Sequence record: MT612989.1
Reading direction: 5' to 3' (one strand)
Length of the DNA stretch: 64,000 nucleotides
The notes beneath the pieces are model-generated. The model was not told the origin of the DNA. It did not search any database and worked only from the letters and a program-made list of their open reading frames with translations. Within the stretch, counting starts at the first letter, position 1. Each line of letters begins with the position of its first letter. A program made the translations under genes and the position numbers. Of this stretch, positions 46,110 to 53,748 are shown in pieces.

Positions 46110-46274
46110 ATGCAGACTGATTACATTAAATACAAAGTAGTGCATGGCAATAATTCAAGAACTTTTGAAGAAGAAGTGCAGAAACTACTTAACGAGGGAT
46201 GGGAACTTCATGGCTCTTTACAAGTCGATGGGTTTTATCTCTATCAATCACTTATAAAAAAGGGGTTAGACTAA
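46110..46274 (+). CDS. small DUF1737-like protein (54 aa)
   Basis: YKVV...FEEEVQKLLNEGWELHG pattern; not in ORF track. Confidence 0.6.
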   Translation: MQTDYIKYKVVHGNNSRTFEEEVQKLLNEGWELHGSLQVDGFYLYQSLIKKGLD

Positions 46275-46444
46275 TGGCACATTGTGTTGTATGTAAACAA
46301 CCTATTAAAGAAGGCGATGTCACTATTGATACGCCACAAGGCACAGTTCACGCAGGTCAATGTCAGCAACATTTATCAGAAATGTCTATTTCTGAGTCTG
46401 GTGGCGAAACGCAACTTGTAGAAACACAACTACTAAACGGGTAA
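46274..46444 (+). CDS. T4 UvsY.-2-like small protein
   Basis: CVVCKQPI...G.VH.G.C...ISES; TAATG overlap. Confidence 0.8.
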   Translation: MAHCVVCKQPIKEGDVTIDTPQGTVHAGQCQQHLSEMSISESGGETQLVETQLLNG

Positions 46445-46448
46445 AGAT

Positions 46449-46559
46449 ATGAGTAAGAATCGTAAACGAGATCGCGGGTTCTTCGACTGGCTATGGGCGC
46501 CATTTGAATTATTTTTTGAGTTAATCGGTGCGATTCTCTCAGCAATCTTTTCAGACTAA
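46449..46559 (+). CDS. 36-aa basic/hydrophobic membrane peptide
   Basis: MSKNRKRDRGFFDWLWAPFELFFELIGAILSAIFSD; ends just before the terminator. Confidence 0.5.
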   Translation: MSKNRKRDRGFFDWLWAPFELFFELIGAILSAIFSD

Positions 46560-46589
46560 TAAAAAAAGGGAGCAAATTGCTCCCTTTTT
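46560..46589. terminator. bidirectional terminator
   Basis: same hairpin sequence as 5813-5838. Confidence 0.85.
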
Positions 46590-46594
46590 CGTAT

Positions 46595-48127
46595 CTATGC
46601 GGCAAGATCTACTTTCTTGACTGCGTATTTGAACTCTTCTTGGTTGTAAAGCTCAATACGTTGCATACCATGCTTCATAGTATAATTTACGTGAGTGTAC
46701 GGCTTCTTAGCGTTCTTGCGTTTCGGCTTGATTGCTAAGTTGTCGATAATATCAAACAGCTTCGCAGTTACCTTCGAACCGTGCTTACGTAGAATACGAC
46801 CAATCGACTGTAAGTTGATGATCTTGCTCTTCGTTGGGTGCGCAAAGATTACATTGTGCAGTTTCTTGATACTGATACCAGTAGAAAACACACCATACGA
46901 TGCTACGATAATAGCCCCGTCAATATCTTCTGCAATCTTCTTCACATGCGTACGGTCGTCTGTTTTAGTCTCACCAGATACGTAGAACACTTTCTCTGGG
47001 TCATATACGCTCTTCAATGCTTCGTAAAGCAATTTACCGTGTTTGATGTTCTTGAACAGCAATAGCGTGTTTTCGCCTTTCTTCGCGCTCAAGTGATGCG
47101 CAAGCTTAATCAAGTAACGATTTCGCTGCTTGTTCTCAAGAATGAATTTCATTTCTTCTTGATATGAACTGCCCTTCATTTCATCACGTAACGGCTGTGG
47201 GTATTCAAGCATTAAACAGTTTATCTTCAGATCTGTTACTTGCCCTTCTTCCATTAGCTGTGCAGTCGAAACAGGTCGGAAAATATCACCGAATGAACCA
47301 ACGTACTGTAGAATATTCGCTTTACCGTCTCGAAGTGAGCCAGTAAGACCGATTTTGTATTCACAGTTTGTCATTTTCTTGATTATACCGTCTAATGACT
47401 TACCTGTTGCTAAGTGACACTCATCGACTAAAAGCATACCGAATTGGTCAAACCATTCTTTCGGTTGTTTTACAGCAGATTGCCATGTAGATACAACGAT
47501 TCGGCAGTCACCGATTGCGTCTCGATCAACCCCACCACGAATCTGATAAATGTCGTTGTGTTCGAATAAACGATAATCTAAGAAGTCATCGCGCATTTGC
47601 TGGACAAGTGCAGTTGTAGGTACAATCACTAATACTTTCTGAAGTTCGTGCTCTTCTTGTGCTAAGAACCATTTAGTAATCAGTGACTGAATTAATGATT
47701 TACCCGCAGATGTTGGTAGATTCAATAGACTGTGTTGGTTGTTAATTCCGTGAAACACAGAGTCCATCTGATACCAATACGGTGAAATCTTATTCGACCC
47801 TGAGTAGATGTCAATAGACTCAACCCATGCTTCGAAATCTTCACGAGAAATTTTCTCAATCGGATCTAGCATTGGATCGGTTTCAATCGTATACATCATA
47901 TTTGATGCAAACGCTTTAGCTTGTCCGACTAGACCGTATGGTAATAGACCTTGATACGTCATTAGTCGAATTTTGCCATCCCAAATGCCCATTTTAAATT
48001 TCGGGTTAAATTTGTACCCATCTGTTAGAAATGAGAAATAGTCAATCATTTCGTGAGTGATGCTTGGCTCGGCTACGACTCTCGCATAACTCTCATCGTG
48101 GTACTCAATTTTAATGTCACATGTCAT
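46595..48127 (-). CDS. uvsW: DNA helicase UvsW
   Basis: WDGKIRL, PYWYQ, LPTSAGKS, VDECH, GLTGS, LQSIGR.LR; probable start MTCDIK at 48127. Confidence 0.96.
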   Translation of the reverse strand: MTCDIKIEYHDESYARVVAEPSITHEMIDYFSFLTDGYKFNPKFKMGIWDGKIRLMTYQGLLPYGLVGQAKAFASNMMYTIETDPMLDPIEKISREDFEAWVESIDIYSGSNKISPYWYQMDSVFHGINNQHSLLNLPTSAGKSLIQSLITKWFLAQEEHELQKVLVIVPTTALVQQMRDDFLDYRLFEHNDIYQIRGGVDRDAIGDCRIVVSTWQSAVKQPKEWFDQFGMLLVDECHLATGKSLDGIIKKMTNCEYKIGLTGSLRDGKANILQYVGSFGDIFRPVSTAQLMEEGQVTDLKINCLMLEYPQPLRDEMKGSSYQEEMKFILENKQRNRYLIKLAHHLSAKKGENTLLLFKNIKHGKLLYEALKSVYDPEKVFYVSGETKTDDRTHVKKIAEDIDGAIIVASYGVFSTGISIKKLHNVIFAHPTKSKIINLQSIGRILRKHGSKVTAKLFDIIDNLAIKPKRKNAKKPYTHVNYTMKHGMQRIELYNQEEFKYAVKKVDLAA

Positions 48128-48152
48128 GATTTTTCTCTCTATGCGAGTTTTG

Positions 48153-48178
48153 TCTAAATATGTATAACTGTATTTATA
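48153..48178. promoter_or_regulatory. divergent late promoters
   Basis: TCTAAATA on + (48153-48160) and TATAAATA on - (48171-48178). Confidence 0.7.
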
Positions 48179-48191
48179 GAGGTCTAAATTC

Positions 48192-48401
48192 ATGACAAGA
48201 GACGAAATGTTTTACAAGATGAAAGATGGTTGCTTTAAGTTTGAGCATAAAGGCAAGAAATATCACGCGACTTTATGCAAGCATTATCTACCACATCTTG
48301 ATTGCAATCGAGAAGAACAACGTAAAAATGAAAACGGTGCAGATAATGAACTTACATTTTTCGATTTAAATCGAAATGTGTGGGTAACAATTGAATGCTA
48401 A
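48192..48401 (+). CDS. hypothetical protein
   Basis: GAGG SD; ATL..LP....FFD.....W pattern. Confidence 0.7.
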   Translation: MTRDEMFYKMKDGCFKFEHKGKKYHATLCKHYLPHLDCNREEQRKNENGADNELTFFDLNRNVWVTIEC

Positions 48402-48410
48402 GGTAAAACT

Positions 48411-48923
48411 ATGATTAAAGAATATCTAAAGAAACAAACCAAGCGCGTAGTTGCAGAATTTGCAAAAGAGTACTACGACATCGAACTTGATAAATCGCTG
48501 ACTAAAAGCAAGATGATCGACGAGTTATTCACACACGAGCTACGCGAGGTTAAAGAACTACCACTAGAATGCTCTGTAATCGAGTCTGAGACGCGCTGTG
48601 AATCAGTCGATGAATCGGACGCGATTGTAGTCAAAGAGCTTTCAGACGACGTTAAGAAAGAATTAGAAGGTGTTTCTGCTAATGCCCCTTTAGGTGATGA
48701 AAACGTAACATTAGTAATCAAGGACGAATTCAAGCCTAAATGGATGCCTACTTATCGCCGTGGTGATGAGCTATATCAGCCAGTTGCGCATGATGTGATT
48801 CATGATTGGAATATAGGTCGACGCGACTCTCACGAATTGAAGACGATTGAATATTGGGTTAAGCGAAATGGTCATCTTTTAGTTCACGACCGTCTTTCGA
48901 ACAGCTTCATTTATCTGAGGTAA
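48411..48923 (+). CDS. inh: Inh-like minor head protein / prohead protease inhibitor, copy 1
   Basis: K..VAEFAKEYYDIELDKSLTKSKMIDE; position near uvsW as in T4. Confidence 0.7.
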   Translation: MIKEYLKKQTKRVVAEFAKEYYDIELDKSLTKSKMIDELFTHELREVKELPLECSVIESETRCESVDESDAIVVKELSDDVKKELEGVSANAPLGDENVTLVIKDEFKPKWMPTYRRGDELYQPVAHDVIHDWNIGRRDSHELKTIEYWVKRNGHLLVHDRLSNSFIYLR

Positions 48924-48926
48924 TTT

Positions 48927-49415
48927 ATGTTACGATTTAATGAATATGAAAACACGCTTTACGGTATCGAACTGAGTTTATCACTTGAAGAGGGGTGGGG
49001 TAATCATAACCTAGCCAAACTAATCCCTGAGCCGAAAATCGATGAGTTACTAGAAACGAAACCGAAGCACCCGTGGAAGATTGCTGCGAATGCTGCTCAA
49101 TATCAGAACTTGCTCTTCAATATTGATTCAAGTCGAATCGTATTCAAGAACACTGTATATCAAGTTGCGTATCTAGGTAACTTATACCCGCCAGAAGAAG
49201 TCGGTAAACCTGAAGGTGGGTATAAGTTCGCAGTTAAAAAGTCGATTTATCACTCACACCCTAGTAGTGAATTTTATTCAGGGAAAAACCCAAAAGACCC
49301 TAAGTTAAATGATACTATTTCATTGGTCTGGTGGTTTCAGAGAGGTACAATCGTATTCGACTTATGGAAGCATAGCGAATATGATGAAAAACTTGAGAGA
49401 TGGCGAAGAAAGTAG
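48927..49415 (+). CDS. hypothetical protein, possible RelE/YafQ/HigB-fold RNase with propeptide
   Basis: C-terminal YHSH..ISLVWW..IVFDLWKHSEYD; N-terminal LEE|GW. Confidence 0.45.
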   Translation: MLRFNEYENTLYGIELSLSLEEGWGNHNLAKLIPEPKIDELLETKPKHPWKIAANAAQYQNLLFNIDSSRIVFKNTVYQVAYLGNLYPPEEVGKPEGGYKFAVKKSIYHSHPSSEFYSGKNPKDPKLNDTISLVWWFQRGTIVFDLWKHSEYDEKLERWRRK

Positions 49416-49445
49416 TTGACAACTCAAATGTTTTTGCTTATTATA
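49416..49445 (+). promoter_or_regulatory. early promoter
   Basis: TTGACA then TATTAT with a 17-nt spacer. Confidence 0.7.
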
Positions 49446-49481
49446 GTCATCGTTAACACAACATAACTAAGAGAGCAGAAT

Positions 49482-49748
49482 ATGAACAAACTCGAAACAG
49501 CTTTTGCTGAACATAACGCTGTACAAGTTCCTGTTGAAAAACCTAGAGAGTTTTATACACCGTGTGGCGTTAAATTCACAACTGAACCGATGTTTAATAC
49601 TGCAACTGGTAAATATGACAGTATTTTATATTCATTTGATACTGGTGAAAAAATAATTGTTGACGATGAACTTGACAGCTTTCATGAAGCATATCAAGAA
49701 TTCACTGGCAAGACATTCATGGCTATTCAAGAGCCAATCGTAATTTAA
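49482..49748 (+). CDS. hypothetical early protein
   Basis: GAGAG SD. Confidence 0.7.
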   Translation: MNKLETAFAEHNAVQVPVEKPREFYTPCGVKFTTEPMFNTATGKYDSILYSFDTGEKIIVDDELDSFHEAYQEFTGKTFMAIQEPIVI

Positions 49749-49763
49749 TGAGAGAAATATATT

Positions 49764-50390
49764 ATGAAAGATTTAGACATCGTACGTAAAGCACTTGCAA
49801 CTAACGAGTCACCTAAGCGTCGTAACTTCCGCAAAGCAGTAATTCAATTGCTTGAAAAGCGTGACTTGACAGTTGCAGAGATTGTATATTCACTTAATGG
49901 TGGTGAATATGATGAGCGTCTTCGTCGTCGTGTTCAAGCTAACGTTCAGAATGCACCTGAAATCATGGTCACTCGATTCGAAACGTTCGGTCACACCGAG
50001 ATTCCTGTATACACGTTGAAAGGTGACGGTAAATTAGAAGTACTCATGCCAAAACGCGAGTCGCCACGTAAGCCTGTATTAGGGATGGAATCTCTATTGA
50101 CACGTGTTCTCAATCTTGGTCTGGGGCGTGCAGTAGCTGTTGCGGGTCCACAAGCGGTTGATGCATTTAAAAAGCTTGAACCGAAACAGCAAGCTCGTTA
50201 TATTTCAACGCTTGCATTGTCAGATCACGCACGTTCTATTCTTACGCTTGTACATAGCGCGAACTTGTCAAAAGAGCAGTTGAAAGAACTGAACGTTAAA
50301 CAACTTGTTCGTCAGAATGCATCGTATGTTGTAGCGAAACTACACGGTTCAACTGCGTTTTTCGACAATATCAAATCAGTATACGGTTAA
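49764..50390 (+). CDS. hypothetical early protein, possible N-terminal winged HTH
   Basis: RKAVIQLLEKRDLTVAEIVYSL..RRRVQANV..VYTL. Confidence 0.6.
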   Translation: MKDLDIVRKALATNESPKRRNFRKAVIQLLEKRDLTVAEIVYSLNGGEYDERLRRRVQANVQNAPEIMVTRFETFGHTEIPVYTLKGDGKLEVLMPKRESPRKPVLGMESLLTRVLNLGLGRAVAVAGPQAVDAFKKLEPKQQARYISTLALSDHARSILTLVHSANLSKEQLKELNVKQLVRQNASYVVAKLHGSTAFFDNIKSVYG

Positions 50391-50402
50391 ATTAACCAAT
50401 TT

Positions 50403-50431
50403 AAAAAGGGTGACTTCGGTCGCCCTTTTTT
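50403..50431 (+). terminator. intrinsic terminator
   Basis: GGGTGAC-TTCG-GTCGCCC followed by a U tract. Confidence 0.9.
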
Positions 50432-50439
50432 CGTTTGCG

Positions 50440-50447
50440 TCTAAATA
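50440..50447 (+). promoter_or_regulatory. late promoter variant TCTAAATA
   Basis: 23 nt upstream of ATG 50470. Confidence 0.7.
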
Positions 50448-50469
50448 ATAGTAAACAAAGGGGTTAACA

Positions 50470-51063
50470 ATGATAGAATTTTTAACAGAAATGGACAAAG
50501 CTAAACAAACCGGTAGATGGGCTCAATTTAAAGCAGCAACATCGGGTTCGAAAGGTGAAGTTAAAAAGCGTATGCAGCGCAAAGGTGGCTTCTGGGGTGT
50601 GTTTGCAGGTTTGATCGCGAGTGCGACAGCATCGGGTGAACTTAGAAAGCACAATAAGTCACTAGAAGACCATAAGCTAAGAATGGAGCGTGCAGCAGTG
50701 AACACAATTCACAGTCTGAATGTTCTTAAAGACGTAATCGAGCTTGAACGTCCTCGTGACGAAGTAATGAAAGCTGCAAAGCGTTTAAAGCTTGATAACA
50801 TGGAAATGAAGAAATACGCAACCGAAATGATTCGTGTCGTAGATGAATACAAGCGTGTTCATGACGAAGATAAGAAGGCAGGTGCGTTTCGTTTTAATGT
50901 GAAAGAATACGACCGTCATGATTTTCGTGAGATTTACCATCACTTGAACATGATTGAAGATAGCACATTTTACGTCGATAAAGCAGCGTCATCGGCTATG
51001 ACTGGCGATACTGAATACGCAATTCGTATGATTCGCAATATTACAAACGCAGCAACGAGGTAA
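50470..51063 (+). CDS. late hypothetical protein, candidate internal head protein
   Basis: MIEFLTE| propeptide; Gly-rich hydrophobic segment; helical. Confidence 0.7.
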   Translation: MIEFLTEMDKAKQTGRWAQFKAATSGSKGEVKKRMQRKGGFWGVFAGLIASATASGELRKHNKSLEDHKLRMERAAVNTIHSLNVLKDVIELERPRDEVMKAAKRLKLDNMEMKKYATEMIRVVDEYKRVHDEDKKAGAFRFNVKEYDRHDFREIYHHLNMIEDSTFYVDKAASSAMTGDTEYAIRMIRNITNAATR

Positions 51064-51065
51064 TA

Positions 51066-51986
51066 ATGAGCATAATTTTTGAACGCGCTACATTGAAAAC
51101 TCGAAAAGGTAGTGCAGTAAAACGCAGCAAGTGGGGCGTGGGTAAAGACATTGGCGGTTCATTGTATGTTCACATTGACTATATCCCAGATGAGTTCAAG
51201 CAAATGGTTGCTGATGCTCGTACTCAAGTATCAATTGCAAACTCACAATTTACTCCGAATGTAGTACGAATTGACTACAAGAAAGGTGGAGTTGCTTTCT
51301 ACGATTCAGTTGAATTTGATACTGTACAAGAACCAGCCGCGGGTATGATGATTACTTACAGAGACGGTGTTGTTTCTAAACCACGTCAAGTAAACCAAAT
51401 ATGGCATCACAAATGGTTGTGGGTTGGTGATGATTATAGAGGGTTTGATACTTCTCAGTCATATGACCGCTCGGCTCAGTGGCTAGATCATGACGATATC
51501 CCATTTGCCAAGATCGGTAATAAGAAGACATGGCGTGAATGGCTGTCTTCGGTTAACTTGACTGAGGCATTTGACCGACCATCTAAAATACACTGGGTTG
51601 AGAAGAGAATTCACAGTTGGGGTGGTACGTTTACGGTAAACGGGGACGAATACGCGATTGCAATACAGTATCAAGAACAAAACGATGCATGGGAACTTGT
51701 GTTCTTAGGTATGAACAGTTCGGGTGATTATACTTACAGCGCAACAGGTCGAGGCAATATGTATGGTGTGTTTGCGACAGTAATGAGCGGTATGCGTGAA
51801 TTTATAGACGAGCGAGAGCCAGAAACAATTTATTTCAGTGCAGAGCGAGATATAAAAAACGACAGTGATTCGAGAATAAAACTATACAATCGTTTAGTAA
51901 AACGATATGCTGATACATTACCGAATTACACATATAAAACGGTCGAAGGGAAAGTCTCGACTAAAACATATTTCATTAGAAAATAA
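51066..51986 (+). CDS. two-domain late protein: PT-associated-like domain plus AFDRP domain
   Basis: VGK..LYVH, FDT..EP, IWHHK..V..DY; internal LTE|AFDRP at residues 165-172. Confidence 0.7.
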   Translation: MSIIFERATLKTRKGSAVKRSKWGVGKDIGGSLYVHIDYIPDEFKQMVADARTQVSIANSQFTPNVVRIDYKKGGVAFYDSVEFDTVQEPAAGMMITYRDGVVSKPRQVNQIWHHKWLWVGDDYRGFDTSQSYDRSAQWLDHDDIPFAKIGNKKTWREWLSSVNLTEAFDRPSKIHWVEKRIHSWGGTFTVNGDEYAIAIQYQEQNDAWELVFLGMNSSGDYTYSATGRGNMYGVFATVMSGMREFIDEREPETIYFSAERDIKNDSDSRIKLYNRLVKRYADTLPNYTYKTVEGKVSTKTYFIRK

Positions 51987-51993
51987 GAGAGCA

Positions 51994-52092
51994 ATGAAAA
52001 CATTTCAAGATTTTCATGAATTCAGCAGATTTCGTACCTGCTTGATAATTAAAAAGCGCATTTTTTGCGCTTTTTTTGTATCTATTGGTTGA
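51994..52092 (+). pseudogene. remnant or mini-gene beginning with a T4-type capsid targeting sequence (MKTFQDFHE)
   Basis: frame reads through the terminator; shifted frame ends SADFVPA-TGA-TAA just before the terminator. Confidence 0.35.
52051..52077 (+). terminator. intrinsic terminator
   Basis: AAAAAGCGCA-TTTT-TGCGCTTTTTT. Confidence 0.8.
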
Positions 52093-52117
52093 CGACAACA
52101 CCAAAAAGCCGTAATAT
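52089..52117 (+). promoter_or_regulatory. early promoter
   Basis: TTGACG-N17-TAATAT followed by TCAACGAAACG. Confidence 0.7.
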
Positions 52118-52159
52118 CTCTATCAACGAAACGAATCGTCCATTACAAGAGAGAACATT

Positions 52160-53344
52160 ATGACTTCACTAAACAAATTCGAAAACACTTACACAATCAA
52201 ATCAATCTACATGAGCGAGTTTGAAGCGCGTATTGCATCTACTAACAAGATTGCAAAACGTCTTGGCGTTGCTGAAATCACTTTTGAGTTCGGTGAAGTG
52301 TACTCAAAAGTCATTATTATCAATCACCAAAAGCATCGTGAATACTACGTTAATGTTACTATTCGCGGTGAATACCCGTCAACTAAAGGTTGGTCTTTCT
52401 TGACTCAACTTGACCACGCGACAAATCTTATTCGTTCAAACAACGAAACGAATCACCGTCATCTTCTAGGCGACACAACATGCGATCACTGTAACTCTAA
52501 TCGTCAACGCAATGTAACTTACGTCATTCAGAATGAAGAGACTAAAGAAGAAATGCGCGTCGGTGGTTCATGCTTGAAATACTACTTGCCGACTAAATCT
52601 ATCGACTCACTAGCGACGTTCTACACTGCAATCGCTGATTTCGGTGATGAAGAGTCTTGGGGTGGTGGTTCTCGTAAAATTTCATATAACGCGCTTCAGA
52701 TTCTTGCTTGGGCTGCTATGTATGTTGAACACAAAGGTTGTTATCACGGTGGCGGTGTGACTCGTCAATGGGTTCTTGACATGATTAATGCAGGTACACC
52801 TGCACTTCGTACCGAACGCGATGCAATGTTAGATGAATATGATTACGACAATTGTGAAGAGCAAGCAAAAGAGATTTTAGAATGGGTTGCAACTCAAGAA
52901 GCGACTAACGATTTCATGCATAACGTCATCGCGTCTTGTTCTGCACCATTCATCGAGTACAAACAAACTGGTTACATTGCAGCGGCTATCTTAGCTTTCA
53001 ACAAAGCAAAAGAGCGCGTGATTCTAGCTAAACGCGAAGCTGAACGTAAAGCAGATTTGCCAGAATCTGAGTACGTCGGTACTATCAAAAAACGCGAGAA
53101 CTTTAATGTCACTCTTGAAGCGGTTATCGTTTCTGAAGGCTACTACGGTGACACGTTCATTCACAAGTTTCGCGATGGACAAAACAATCTAATCGTGTGG
53201 TTTGGTTCAAAGCGTCTACGTGATAACGACGGCGAAGCGATTGAGAAAGGCGTTTCAGTAACTGTAAAAGCGACTGTAAAAGCGCACGAAGAGTTTCGCG
53301 ACGAAAAACAGACAATCGTACAGCGTGTAGCGTTCGTCGCTTAG
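52160..53344 (+). CDS. early protein with a Cys/His metal site and C-terminal OB-fold-like domain
   Basis: CDHC...VGGSCL; YVG..K.R...WF...V.ATVK.H.EF..EKQT.V.RV. Confidence 0.7.
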   Translation: MTSLNKFENTYTIKSIYMSEFEARIASTNKIAKRLGVAEITFEFGEVYSKVIIINHQKHREYYVNVTIRGEYPSTKGWSFLTQLDHATNLIRSNNETNHRHLLGDTTCDHCNSNRQRNVTYVIQNEETKEEMRVGGSCLKYYLPTKSIDSLATFYTAIADFGDEESWGGGSRKISYNALQILAWAAMYVEHKGCYHGGGVTRQWVLDMINAGTPALRTERDAMLDEYDYDNCEEQAKEILEWVATQEATNDFMHNVIASCSAPFIEYKQTGYIAAAILAFNKAKERVILAKREAERKADLPESEYVGTIKKRENFNVTLEAVIVSEGYYGDTFIHKFRDGQNNLIVWFGSKRLRDNDGEAIEKGVSVTVKATVKAHEEFRDEKQTIVQRVAFVA

Positions 53345-53370
53345 AAACGCATACAGCTCGATTTAGAGAC

Positions 53371-53403
53371 AAAAAAAAGCCCGCTAAGTGCGGGCTTTTT
53401 TTT
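53371..53403. terminator. bidirectional terminator
   Basis: A8-GCCCGC-TAAG-TGCGGGC-T8 between convergent genes. Confidence 0.85.
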
Positions 53404-53740
53404 ATTCGGGAGCAGGTGTAGTAACAGTCCAAGCGATTCGGAAGAATCGGCTATTGGTATGTTCTCTGCAAAGTGTAGTTGTTGAATCAACCGCGCCTGC
53501 AAGAATGTCAACGCATTCTTGAGAAAGACCAGTAATTGAACTCAACGGACTAGCAGTTTCAATCGCAGCTTTAAGCTCTTCATAAGTTTGCTTGTCTACG
53601 ATAATGTAAGATTCGCCTGAGTGATTAAGCACAGACGTAGTTACATCATCGTACCCACTTTTCGCAGCGTCTGCCGCTGCTACAGTCGCATCATCAAGTT
53701 CGACTGCAAGGTTCATATCAGTATAGATTGGTGTTGTCAT
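53402..53740 (-). CDS. hypothetical protein (possibly structural)
   Basis: AGGA SD; in late operon. Confidence 0.65.
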   Translation of the reverse strand: MTTPIYTDMNLAVELDDATVAAADAAKSGYDDVTTSVLNHSGESYIIVDKQTYEELKAAIETASPLSSITGLSQECVDILAGAVDSTTTLCREHTNSRFFRIAWTVTTPAPE

Positions 53741-53748
53741 TTCAGTTC

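Noticed and set aside
5813-46589. Identical terminator hairpins at 5813 and 46560 (also 35447 and 62690) as mobile-element ends
   Set aside because: They are short, typical intrinsic terminators at gene ends, with no transposase or target duplication.
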